This document shows, piece by piece, positions 1 to 9,059 of a DNA stretch of 24,965 nucleotides. The notes under the pieces were generated by a model, which did not search any database, had not been told where the DNA came from, and worked only from the letters and a program-made list of their open reading frames with translations. The stretch spans positions 1-24,965 of the IMG/VR virus record IMGVR_UViG_3300025087_001226, one strand, 5' to 3'. The position numbers were made by a program, and so were the translations under genes. The DNA is from a virus (taxonomy: Duplodnaviria > Caudoviricetes). Numbering within the stretch: the first letter of the stretch is position 1; every line of letters starts with the position of its first letter.

Positions 1-777
1 TGACGCTAAATAATCCTTATTTTTCTTTCTTTCTGCTTCAGCTTCCAAGTCCCTTCTTTCTTTTTCTCTCTGGGCTTGTTCAAGTCCATAATCGTGTTGT
101 GTTTGTGCACCAAATGCCGACCTTCTTGCCCCCGTTGTTATGTCTTCAAGCCCCCTTGTAAAATTAGTGTTTACATCTTCCCTTCCTCTACCGAAATATC
201 TATCAAGTGCGTCAAAACGATTAGTAATATCCTTTTCAAGCGTGTCTATATCTTCACTTGCTAATCCGGTGGCTTCTTCCCTTGTACCTTGAATTATGCC
301 TCTTTGGTTTAAGTTGGAATTTTGCTGTCGTCTTTCAAGATTTGTTTGTACCCCCATTTCCTGATTGGCTACTTTTTCATCTTCATCAAGGCGTTTAATA
401 GCTCTATTAGTATCTTCGTTAAGTCGGTATTTATTTGTTTCGTAATCAAACGCTATCGTACCTATCTTTGCTTCCAATCCATTTGCAACCTTGAGTAGAA
501 ATTCTTTTCTTGCTTGGTCATCTGTTCCCATCGCCTCTGTAAATTGTTGTTCGATCCACTTTGCCGCCCAATCGTAGTCATCTTTTGCGAAAGCAATTAG
601 TTCATCAACATACTTATTTATTTCCGGCATTATGTTGTTATAAGTGTTAGTGAAAGGATTTGAATTACCACCACTTAAACCTTTTGCCTGTGCGTCATAC
701 TTGGCTTCGGTTTCACCCCATCCCGTATAAGCTTCTGTTCCGTAAAGTTGTATTGATTGATCTCTCGTAAGTCCCAT
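1..777 (-). CDS. Partial (runs off left edge) alpha-helical protein, probable internal virion/DNA-ejection protein
   Basis: Not in the ORF track. Manual translation from ATG at 777 (MGLTRDQSIQLYGTEAYTGWGETEAKYDAQ...EQAQREKERRDLEAEAERKKNKDYLAS) is open for 259 codons to position 1. It starts 1 nt after the upstream stop and is charged and coiled-coil-like. The function is inferred from its position after podovirus tail genes. Confidence 0.6.
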   Translation of the reverse strand, partial: MGLTRDQSIQLYGTEAYTGWGETEAKYDAQAKGLSGGNSNPFTNTYNNIMPEINKYVDELIAFAKDDYDWAAKWIEQQFTEAMGTDDQARKEFLLKVANGLEAKIGTIAFDYETNKYRLNEDTNRAIKRLDEDEKVANQEMGVQTNLERRQQNSNLNQRGIIQGTREEATGLASEDIDTLEKDITNRFDALDRYFGRGREDVNTNFTRGLEDITTGARRSAFGAQTQHDYGLEQAQREKERRDLEAEAERKKNKDYLAS

Positions 778-778
778 A

Positions 779-1465
779 TTAAATAAAATTCATAAGTAAA
801 GCTGGACTGTAATTTCTTGATAATACTTTTACCTCTGTTGCGGTTAAGACATCATTGAAAAAAGCTACATCATCCATATACCCCTCCATTTCACTTCCTG
901 CGGGTCCATTACCAATATAATACTGGTCGGTTTGGTCAATAGTTCCATTACCCGCAGTTGCCGTACCCGTTCCCACTTGAGTTCCGTCTAGGTATGTCAG
1001 CATCGCACCGCCATCACCTGCAAAGGTGCAAGCTATGTGGTGCCATTTGTTCGCTGTAATAGTACAAGCCACTTGGGCAGCGTTGTAGCCAACCCCGACT
1101 CTGTATTGTGTAAGAAATAAATTGGTTCCGTCATAATGACAATACAACTGTTTTTTTTGTGTTGCGTCATTTAATAAAAAAAACTCGTGCGTTCCTGTTG
1201 GGTCTGGCATCTTTATCCATGCTGAAAAACTGGCGGCTCCTCCACCCCAAAAATCTTCAGCTCTTGAAAAGTATTTGGTTGTGTTCGGGTTTCCAAAATC
1301 GGCACAATATCCGTATTTACCACTTGCGGTTTCACCAACTGTATTGTTGTTTGTAAGTGTTCTTGAATTTCCTGAAGAATCCGTTGTTAGGACACCTGAA
1401 TTGAACCTGTAATAAGCCTTCAGGTTTACATCTGATAAAAGTGAAGAGGAATTAAGTTCTGACAT
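779..1465 (-). CDS. LamG/concanavalin A-like jelly-roll domain protein (virion-associated)
   Basis: LamG motifs LKAYYRF, SFSAWIK, WHHIACTF, TYLDG, YYIG and GYMDDVAFFNDVLTATEV. Confidence 0.85.
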   Translation of the reverse strand: MSELNSSSLLSDVNLKAYYRFNSGVLTTDSSGNSRTLTNNNTVGETASGKYGYCADFGNPNTTKYFSRAEDFWGGGAASFSAWIKMPDPTGTHEFFLLNDATQKKQLYCHYDGTNLFLTQYRVGVGYNAAQVACTITANKWHHIACTFAGDGGAMLTYLDGTQVGTGTATAGNGTIDQTDQYYIGNGPAGSEMEGYMDDVAFFNDVLTATEVKVLSRNYSPALLMNFI

Positions 1466-1469
1466 TTCA

Positions 1470-2009
1470 TTATCCTAAATTTTGACCAATAATAAATCCG
1501 TCATAAGTATCTGCGGCAGAACAAATAAATCCGAATACATCCCACTTGCTAGCTGTAGTAGTAAGTGTCGGTTCAGTGTCGTCCTGCCAGTTAATAGTTG
1601 AAAACCAAGTAACTGTTCTTGAACCCGTACCGTCTTGTACTAACCTGATAATAAAACACTGTCCGGCATCTTCATTTTCAACCGCTAAAGTCCTATTTCC
1701 ACCCAAAGTTACTGTATGAACACTTGCCACATCCAGATCAAAAGTAATTGTTGCACCGTCCGTACCTGATTTGTAGTAAGGTTTTGTTGCCGCCGAAAAG
1801 GTTTTAACCCCTGTAATTGTCTGGGCACCGGATAAAGTAACTGCTGTGCCTGACACTTTAGAAGGGTCTATTGCTGCCGAAGAATCCAAATTGGCATTGT
1901 CAAGGTTGCCATTCACTTCAGTATATAAAGTATCAAAATTGGCATTTATGTCCGTGTAGTTGACATTTTCCGCATCTGCCCAAGTTTTAGTTTTTGAAAT
2001 TGTCCCCAT
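1470..2009 (-). CDS. Putative tail/virion structural protein (fiber- or needle-like)
   Basis: N-terminal 'INANFDTLY..VNGNLDNANL' segment and 'AQTITGVKTF' motif are typical of phage tail proteins. The C-terminus is beta-rich (LVQDGTGSRTVTW...W). It follows the nozzle gene. Confidence 0.6.
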   Translation of the reverse strand: MGTISKTKTWADAENVNYTDINANFDTLYTEVNGNLDNANLDSSAAIDPSKVSGTAVTLSGAQTITGVKTFSAATKPYYKSGTDGATITFDLDVASVHTVTLGGNRTLAVENEDAGQCFIIRLVQDGTGSRTVTWFSTINWQDDTEPTLTTTASKWDVFGFICSAADTYDGFIIGQNLG

Positions 2010-2039
2010 AAATAAAAATAGTCGCCACTAAGGCGACCC
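2010..2039 (-). terminator. Intrinsic terminator-like hairpin, cassette copy A
   Basis: Minus strand GGTCGCC-TTAGT-GGCGACT followed by ATTTTTATTT and then the ATG at 2009. The U-tract is interrupted. Confidence 0.65.
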
Positions 2040-2045
2040 GTTACT

Positions 2046-2087
2046 CTGAATCAATTTAAGTTTATAGTTCATATTAAAAACTGTCAA
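2046..2087 (-). promoter_or_regulatory. Sigma70-type promoter plus conserved start-site motif, cassette copy A
   Basis: TTGACA (2087-2082), 17 nt, TAAACT (2064-2059), then TAAATTGATTCAG. The -35 contains the TGA stop of the upstream gene. Confidence 0.8.
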
Positions 2088-3649
2088 ATATTTCTCTCCC
2101 CAATATGGCTAGTGTAACCGTTGACGGAAGGTTGTTCGCTGGCTACTGCGTGCCGGACTGAGTGCATTAAAGTTCTTCCAGTTACAGAACCACCACCGGA
2201 TGAATAATAAAAGTCTAAATCACCGCTTCCTGCACTTGATAAAATAGCCGTTGTCCCCGTTGGTCCAAGTTCAAAAGTTCCCGTTGGTCCCAAAGTACCA
2301 CCGGATGTTTGTAAATTTAAATTTCCTAGGTTTGCAAAATCCGCATCATCAACCGATGAGTGGAACGTTACATCGACATCTGCCGAATCTGCCGATCCGG
2401 TAATTCTTCCCCACTTGAACCTTTTATAAGTGTCGGGGTTGCCAAAGTCATCTTCCTTCCCGTCCCATCTTGCGTCTATTGCAGTCCCGTTGTCATCGTC
2501 CCCATAAAACCTGTAAACATAAGTGGTATATTTACTTGCCAAATAAAGATCGGGTGTCGTTGATGTCGGATATGTGGTTGCGAAGTCAATGTTCCATCCC
2601 GTATAGGTTGTCCAAGCCTCTTCACCCGTCCTTTTGGAAGCTATAAGATCATATACCAGTACAAGTGAATTTCTGGTGTCAGAACCGTTCGGAACTGAAA
2701 AGAATACCTTGTCGTTAAATGTCCAAGCTGTTGCCAAATGAAGATATGCCTTATTAATTCCTGAAATGGTTGTTTGAATTTTAGTAGACACGATATCCCT
2801 TCTGAAGGTATCTAATTGTGTTTTGTATAACCTTCTGATTTGTGCTTCATCATCTATAAACCAAATTTCATTTCCCACTCTTGTTACCCCTTTGGGTGAA
2901 ATTGTCCCGACAGCTTCATCTATATTTGTCAGTCCGCTTGCCGAAGCTGTGACCGACCAATCAGCATCACCCCAACCAGTAAGAAACATAATTGAATGTT
3001 CTTTAAAAATAACCAGTGCATCTCCCCAATCCGCTATTGTAATTAATCTCCCTCCACCGGGAAGTGATATTTTATCGGTTGTTGTATCGTAAGTACTCGG
3101 ATCGCCAAATGCCGACCAATACAACTCGTTTTCATAAGTTGCTCCGGAATATGTGACATTATTTGCGTGGAATAAGTGGTTTTTATGCCATAATGTAACG
3201 TTACCGTGAGGAACCGCTGCCCCCAAGTCTGTTAGACAGGCGTTTTGTGTTGTGGAAACTCTATCCCAGTAGTGGAGTTGGTTATCTTCGTTGCACATAT
3301 AAACCCTGTCGTTATACGATACTGTGGCAAAAGAAAAATCAATCCCCGATGAAAAACCCGTATCAAGAGCTGTCCAAGTTGTGCCTGAAGAATTGTAATA
3401 TAAATAATCATCCGCCATAGCAAGTAAATCTTCAGCACCAGTTGTCCGCATAAAGGAGTGAAGTCCATATATTGTTTTCCCTGAAAAAGAACCCTTACTT
3501 GTTAATCCATCCCGTCTTTTAAGTTGTCCTTTGTAGGTTATGTCCCAATTTCGGAGTAAGGAAGCCTCGTTCCTTTTTATCTCTCTCTGGTGAGTCGTAT
3601 CGTTAAGTCCTCCAGAATAGTCATTATAGTAAATTGCTTTTGTTCGCAT
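2084..3649 (-). CDS. Tail nozzle / tail tubular protein B-like (P22 gp10 / T7 gp12-like beta-propeller)
   Basis: 521 aa, N-terminal 'DYSGGLN...LLRNWDI...GQLKRRDG', propeller-like blades (ELYWSAFGDP, ALVIFKEHSI, VLVYDL...WTTY), directly downstream of the adaptor. Confidence 0.75.
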   Translation of the reverse strand: MRTKAIYYNDYSGGLNDTTHQREIKRNEASLLRNWDITYKGQLKRRDGLTSKGSFSGKTIYGLHSFMRTTGAEDLLAMADDYLYYNSSGTTWTALDTGFSSGIDFSFATVSYNDRVYMCNEDNQLHYWDRVSTTQNACLTDLGAAVPHGNVTLWHKNHLFHANNVTYSGATYENELYWSAFGDPSTYDTTTDKISLPGGGRLITIADWGDALVIFKEHSIMFLTGWGDADWSVTASASGLTNIDEAVGTISPKGVTRVGNEIWFIDDEAQIRRLYKTQLDTFRRDIVSTKIQTTISGINKAYLHLATAWTFNDKVFFSVPNGSDTRNSLVLVYDLIASKRTGEEAWTTYTGWNIDFATTYPTSTTPDLYLASKYTTYVYRFYGDDDNGTAIDARWDGKEDDFGNPDTYKRFKWGRITGSADSADVDVTFHSSVDDADFANLGNLNLQTSGGTLGPTGTFELGPTGTTAILSSAGSGDLDFYYSSGGGSVTGRTLMHSVRHAVASEQPSVNGYTSHIGERNI

Positions 3650-4327
3650 TTAAATATATGAATCATCGGTATACATATCGGGATTTTGTGTAATGGTTAC
3701 ACTTTTAACTTCATCTGTTTGTTTATCCTGTAGATTTTCTACCATTCTTGCAACCAAAGCATCGAACCTCATTCTCATTCTTTCAGCAGCAACGTGTTCT
3801 TCATCCTGATCTAAATAATTAGCATAAGCACCATATTTAAGAAGATGATGATACCTTGCAGGGATAGATGGTTCTGTTGCGTCAGTCGTCAACTCAGTAG
3901 GTGTATAGGTGTACCAAATCTTTAAAGCTGAAGCTGTCGTTGTATCCGGTATAGGCATAATTCCGATATTGTCCCCGATAATATAATATCCGGGGTCTGC
4001 CGTTGAAAATCCCTGTGAAGATATATCTGTGTTTGTAATATACCTTATATCAGCGTCTCCCATAGGACGAATTCTTTTCCAAGTACCGCCTATTGAAATT
4101 TCAACCTTAACAAGTTTCTCAAAATCTGAAGGCAAATCATACTCTTGCTGATCTGCAACCGTAGCCGTTGTAGAAGACTTAACAAAGTAGTCGGGATTGA
4201 CCTTAATTATCTCGTCACACATCTGCATATAGGCATCGTTTAGCCAAGTTGATAGACCCGAATCCCCGATCTCAACTCCGGGTCCTATCATATTTTTTAA
4301 ATCTGTAATTAAGGCTCCTCTATTCAT
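3650..4327 (-). CDS. Head-tail adaptor / tail tubular protein A-like
   Basis: 225 aa with 'WLNDA', 'QQEYDLPSDF', 'IMPIPD', 'IPARYHHLL.YGA'. This pattern is typical of podovirus adaptor proteins, and the gene precedes the nozzle. Confidence 0.75.
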   Translation of the reverse strand: MNRGALITDLKNMIGPGVEIGDSGLSTWLNDAYMQMCDEIIKVNPDYFVKSSTTATVADQQEYDLPSDFEKLVKVEISIGGTWKRIRPMGDADIRYITNTDISSQGFSTADPGYYIIGDNIGIMPIPDTTTASALKIWYTYTPTELTTDATEPSIPARYHHLLKYGAYANYLDQDEEHVAAERMRMRFDALVARMVENLQDKQTDEVKSVTITQNPDMYTDDSYI

Positions 4328-4356
4328 AAAAAAAGGATCGCTTCGTCAGCGACCCC
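4328..4356 (-). terminator. Intrinsic terminator, cassette copy B
   Basis: Minus strand GGGGTCGCT-GACGA-AGCGATCC followed by T7 and immediately the ATG at 4327. Confidence 0.8.
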
Positions 4357-4362
4357 AAACAT

Positions 4363-4407
4363 AATGAGTATCAATAAAAGAATATCAGTTATCTGGTTCG
4401 CTGTCAA
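4363..4407 (-). promoter_or_regulatory. Sigma70-type promoter plus conserved start-site motif, cassette copy B
   Basis: TTGACA (4407-4402, inside the last codons of the upstream gene), 17 nt, TATTCT (4384-4379) with extended TG, then TTTATTGATACTCATT. Confidence 0.8.
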
Positions 4408-7400
4408 TTAATGTCCAAATCGTGCTTGCGTCACTCGTATTTGTCCAAGTTGAACTTGAATCGGATGTGTCACTCCAAGGGGTTGTCCAATCCCCCATAT
4501 ATTCCCATCCGCCCAAATTGTGTCCCCTTACATAATCAGCGACAGCTAAAGAATCGGTTATACTTATACTTAAAAAATTGGTATTTACCGTTGTGTCCTC
4601 TGAAATCCCAACCGAATCATATAGATTAATATCATAGGATGCTTCACCAAGAACTTTCAACAATGTTACGCTTTCTGAAACGGCTATCCCGTCATAAACA
4701 CTTACGAATGTTGCGGGTACTCTGATAGATATGTGTTCGGAAACAACTATTGAATCGACATATTCACCTGAAGGAATATCAGAATCACTATCCTCACTTA
4801 CAGATATTCCATCATATAGACTGCTCTGGTCATCACTAATACCCACACTATCATAAACACTTACTTTCAATTCGGTTATCAAAACATCCTGCCCGATCCA
4901 TACGGGTGAACTGCTGAAGCTTCCATCACTTGTCCCTGCGGTATCTTTGACCGTAGTTTCACTCAAATCGTCAATCTTCCAGCGTCCAACCAATCCCGTA
5001 TCGGACGGGCTTCCTGTATAAACATCCCCAACCTCAGAAGATGTTAATACCCTGTTCCAAATCCGCACATCCCGTATTGCACCTTCAAAATAACCAGGAT
5101 CGGATTCATCCTCACAATGTCCAAATCTCAAATTAGCAGATGTGTTTTCCGAATTAATTCCGATAACCACAGTGGGTGCAGAAGTATATCCCGACCCGCC
5201 AGCAGTAAGTGTCAGTGAAGTAACAATTCCACCTGAGATGGTACAAGTAGCTGATGCTCCGCTTCCTCCACCACCGTATAAATTAACTTTTGGTGTATTT
5301 ACATAACTTGTTCCTGCATTCGTTAGTGTTATGGTATTTACAGCCCCCCCACTTATCGTACAGATTGCGGTTGCTTTTGTTCCCGTTGTCTGATGATGGA
5401 AGTGATAGGCATAAGCACCATCCCGATATATATAAGATTCATACATATCCATCGTACCAACCACATGGATCCATTCGCCTGCGGTCACTGCAGATGAAAT
5501 ATACGATCCCATTCCTAAGCCACCCTCTGAATTAAAAACATAAAGAGAAATCCTGCTTGGATAGGTACCTGTGTAATTTGCTATTCTAAATTCCCATTCT
5601 TCAGTGTTCGGACTTCCTGTTTGAGACTTACCAAGAAGATTGACATACTGATCTGAACCTGTATTTAAGGTATAGTTAAGAACATCTGGTCTCATCCAGA
5701 AAGAAACTGTAAGCGCACCCGTTGTAGAAACACTGTAAGCGTCATTGTCTGTGACTTCGACATAATCATCTACTCCGTCAAACACTAAAGCCTTGTAGTT
5801 TTCTTCAGATACCGTTATTGACTCATAGGTGTCGATCTCCTTCGGTAACTCCACCCCGACTTGCGTTACTGTTACATCTTCACTTATGGTGACGCTATCA
5901 AATACACTGAGAACATAGTTTGCCTGTAAAGCTGTAATACTCTCCGTTGCTGTAAGACTATCAAAAACTGAGGCAAGTAAGTTCTTTTCAATAACTATTA
6001 TATTTTCTGTGGCAGTTTGGATATCAAAGACGCTTACTTCAAGGAGGTTACTGCCTGCAGTAATACTTTCGCTTACATTTATTGAGTCATATACAGCTGA
6101 AATACTTAACGAAGTGACTTCAGATACCGCCTCTGCGGTTATATCTTCCGATACGGTTACCGAATCATATACATTAATATAAAAAGTGGTTTGCCCCGAC
6201 TCTTTAACCTCAACATTGACTTGGTTATATCTGCAATCGTAAGCCAAAGATGAGGTCATTGTTTGGCTTCCGGCAGTCCCTTTTAAAATATGATGACCTT
6301 CAGCATTTTGATAAGTCTCGGCTCCCTGAATCCAATCCTCAGTAGCTCCTTCGGTGGTCATTGTTGGAAGCGCCTCTGGTTCAATACAGGTAATTACCCA
6401 AGAATTATCCGATTGTGTGGTGATGGCAAGGGATGTGGTGGTTCCGGTTGTACTTACTTTTGAAGTATTATTCGGTAAATAAATATCTGTATTGTATAAA
6501 CTATAAATCCCTACCGCATAATAAGCACTTACCCCCGAAAGGACAACATTGTATGTACCGACTTCGGGTGCGATCAAACCCCAAATAGAAGCGTGTTCGT
6601 TAAATTGTCCGATCTGTTCAACTATCTTTGTTAGTGGTGTGGAATTGTAAGTTATACCGCTTGGTCCGCCACCCTGATAAGTTGCAAAAGAAACAAGGAG
6701 AAGCCTATTTTCGTGATCCGCAACCGTTATTCCATTGGTTGCTGTAGTCTCTGATGTAACAACGGTTCCGTCCAGTTCAATACCAAGCGTTGTACCCCCC
6801 GTTGTATCTTCCGTTACTGTAATCCCATCAAATACACTAAGTACAAGGTTGGTCTGTAAAACAGTTATATTTTCCGTTGTAGTTACTGAATCATAGACAC
6901 TTACATCCCAATATGCTGTTTCACCGCCCGTAGTTATATCTTCTGTTGTGGTGATACTGTCATAAACATTGACCTCTTTCGGTGTAGTACCCGTGGTGAT
7001 AACCTCCGTTGCTGTTAAGCTATCATAAACATCTACATTGTGGCTTGTTCGTAAAACTGTAACATCTTCTGAAATGTTCACCGCATCACCAACAATTGCA
7101 GTTGTACCCGACCCATCGGTATTAATATTGTCAAAAATTACGTTGCCTGGGCTTGTTTCCGACTGATAAGTGCCACCTTTTAAAACAACCGCCATTGCTG
7201 TAATGGCTACCGGTGTACCTACAGAAGCTCTATTTGTCCAACCCACCCCATCTGTTGAAGTGTCGTAGTAAAGTGTTCCGCTATCTTCCCGTATTCTCCA
7301 CCATCTATGAGTAGTATTATCGTAAGCAACTGAATCAACTGTTGTAGCACCCTCCCCATTAGGATAATACTGAAAGAAAAGCCCCGTACCTTCTTTGTTG

Positions 7401-9058
7401 ATCCTAATAACATCTCCATTGGTGGCTTCCAAAGATAAAAGTGCCTGAGCCCCCGTTGAATTTGATGGAGCTTCTACCACTTCTACATAAGCACATTTAT
7501 CATTAAAATCAAAAGCACTAGCTGACGAATAACCATCATAATTAGCCCCCACCGTAGCGTTGGCAAGTGTAATTTCTAGTTGTCCGTTTGCTTCTGAAAC
7601 TGTTACATCCGCATCACCCGTTGCTAAATTCCAAAGTCCTGTATTTCTGTCGTTATCGTCAAAGTTATCTTGTATCCCAACTACTGTGAACTCACCCAAT
7701 AATACTTGTGCTTCCACACTTTCACTCACCCCAATGGAATCAAAAACATCTATAAACTCTAATGGTACTTTGGAAGTGATATTTTCTGAGACATTTGCGG
7801 AGCTGTAAACCGATATATTGTGTTCTACCCGTAATATCGTCAAATCCTCTGATACATTTACTGAATCGAAAACATCAGGAATTTCTAAGTCAACAACGGG
7901 AGTAATTTCTTCTATTGTTATATCTTCGGAAACAGTAACACCGCTTTTGGGGATCGTTACAGCATAAACATAGAAAACAGTATCGTCAGCTGTGTAATTC
8001 CATCCCGTTGTGTAGTAGACAAGGTTTCCTGAATGTGATGGGGAAGATTCGTCATTAAAAATCTGAATGTTATTTGTGGGGTCGCCGTTCGTATATTCGA
8101 CAACAATACAATAATAACTGCTGTCCATCAGGTATTGGTTCGATCCCGTAAATGTAAAAGTTACAGCTTCACCATCAGCGCTGATCGTCCCAACATCAAC
8201 AGGGTCGGATGTGGCTAACAGGGCATCTCCGGCAGAACTTGTCCCGTATGTGCCTGAGTGGGAATATAACTTAGCATAGGCATTTCCCGTTGGTGATGTG
8301 TTTTTCTTTAAATAAAATACCGCCTGATAGATGTCTCCGGCAACTCCAGTAAATGACTGCCCAATCGCTAAATTAGTTCCATTTAGTTGTGCGTACACCT
8401 CACCATTTGTTGATGCGTAACTGTCAACCGAAAAAGAACTTGGAATGGAAAGAGGTGCGATCGCTCCAGACAAACTTGTCGCAATATCTTCAGCTACGGT
8501 AACTGAATCATAAACATTTATGTTATAACAACTTTGTTGAATGGTAATATTTTCGGAAACATTTACTGAATCAAATACATCTATTGATTTACTACTTGCA
8601 TCTGGTACCTCTAATTCAGCCCACGAAACAAACACATCAGATTGAGATGATGTTGGAATAGATACTGTTCCTCCTGAAGTAAACCTAATCCTAAGGTCGG
8701 TATAATTGGAAATTGCATCTGCTTCGGCTGGTGAAAGTGTCCACGAATAAGAAGTAGCTGTTCCCTTAACCAAATTAAAAGCGACATAAGTTGAAATAGT
8801 TGTTGAACCCTGAACAAGAATTACCGAAAGAGTGCGTTGGTGTGTATCGTTTTCTTGCCACGCCCTGAATCTAACAATATGGTCTGAACTTGACACTGGA
8901 TCGGTTACATCAGATAAACCCTTTTCAGCTGTTCCGTTTGCATTTTCTGCACCCTGAAGATAGTCTGCATCACTATAACTAACCTCGTCTATTGTGCTGT
9001 ATGCACCTGTCCACGATGTTGCTGATATGTCTGAATCTGGTCTTGCGTATTGTGTCAT
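4385..9058 (-). CDS. 1557-aa repetitive multi-domain virion protein (fiber/adhesin-like) with LamG and other beta-sandwich domains
   Basis: About 23 copies of a [IV]x[VL][YF]DS[VI]xVSE[DN]IT repeat in blocks separated by globular domains. There is a clear LamG domain near the C-terminus (ALVFDGVDDYVEV, TVSFWMRP, WIHVVGT, FEGAIRDVRIWNRVLT). The protein is very rich in Ser/Thr/Asp. Confidence 0.75.
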   Translation of the reverse strand: MTQYARPDSDISATSWTGAYSTIDEVSYSDADYLQGAENANGTAEKGLSDVTDPVSSSDHIVRFRAWQENDTHQRTLSVILVQGSTTISTYVAFNLVKGTATSYSWTLSPAEADAISNYTDLRIRFTSGGTVSIPTSSQSDVFVSWAELEVPDASSKSIDVFDSVNVSENITIQQSCYNINVYDSVTVAEDIATSLSGAIAPLSIPSSFSVDSYASTNGEVYAQLNGTNLAIGQSFTGVAGDIYQAVFYLKKNTSPTGNAYAKLYSHSGTYGTSSAGDALLATSDPVDVGTISADGEAVTFTFTGSNQYLMDSSYYCIVVEYTNGDPTNNIQIFNDESSPSHSGNLVYYTTGWNYTADDTVFYVYAVTIPKSGVTVSEDITIEEITPVVDLEIPDVFDSVNVSEDLTILRVEHNISVYSSANVSENITSKVPLEFIDVFDSIGVSESVEAQVLLGEFTVVGIQDNFDDNDRNTGLWNLATGDADVTVSEANGQLEITLANATVGANYDGYSSASAFDFNDKCAYVEVVEAPSNSTGAQALLSLEATNGDVIRINKEGTGLFFQYYPNGEGATTVDSVAYDNTTHRWWRIREDSGTLYYDTSTDGVGWTNRASVGTPVAITAMAVVLKGGTYQSETSPGNVIFDNINTDGSGTTAIVGDAVNISEDVTVLRTSHNVDVYDSLTATEVITTGTTPKEVNVYDSITTTEDITTGGETAYWDVSVYDSVTTTENITVLQTNLVLSVFDGITVTEDTTGGTTLGIELDGTVVTSETTATNGITVADHENRLLLVSFATYQGGGPSGITYNSTPLTKIVEQIGQFNEHASIWGLIAPEVGTYNVVLSGVSAYYAVGIYSLYNTDIYLPNNTSKVSTTGTTTSLAITTQSDNSWVITCIEPEALPTMTTEGATEDWIQGAETYQNAEGHHILKGTAGSQTMTSSLAYDCRYNQVNVEVKESGQTTFYINVYDSVTVSEDITAEAVSEVTSLSISAVYDSINVSESITAGSNLLEVSVFDIQTATENIIVIEKNLLASVFDSLTATESITALQANYVLSVFDSVTISEDVTVTQVGVELPKEIDTYESITVSEENYKALVFDGVDDYVEVTDNDAYSVSTTGALTVSFWMRPDVLNYTLNTGSDQYVNLLGKSQTGSPNTEEWEFRIANYTGTYPSRISLYVFNSEGGLGMGSYISSAVTAGEWIHVVGTMDMYESYIYRDGAYAYHFHHQTTGTKATAICTISGGAVNTITLTNAGTSYVNTPKVNLYGGGGSGASATCTISGGIVTSLTLTAGGSGYTSAPTVVIGINSENTSANLRFGHCEDESDPGYFEGAIRDVRIWNRVLTSSEVGDVYTGSPSDTGLVGRWKIDDLSETTVKDTAGTSDGSFSSSPVWIGQDVLITELKVSVYDSVGISDDQSSLYDGISVSEDSDSDIPSGEYVDSIVVSEHISIRVPATFVSVYDGIAVSESVTLLKVLGEASYDINLYDSVGISEDTTVNTNFLSISITDSLAVADYVRGHNLGGWEYMGDWTTPWSDTSDSSSTWTNTSDASTIWTLIDSEPDN

Positions 9059-9059
9059 A

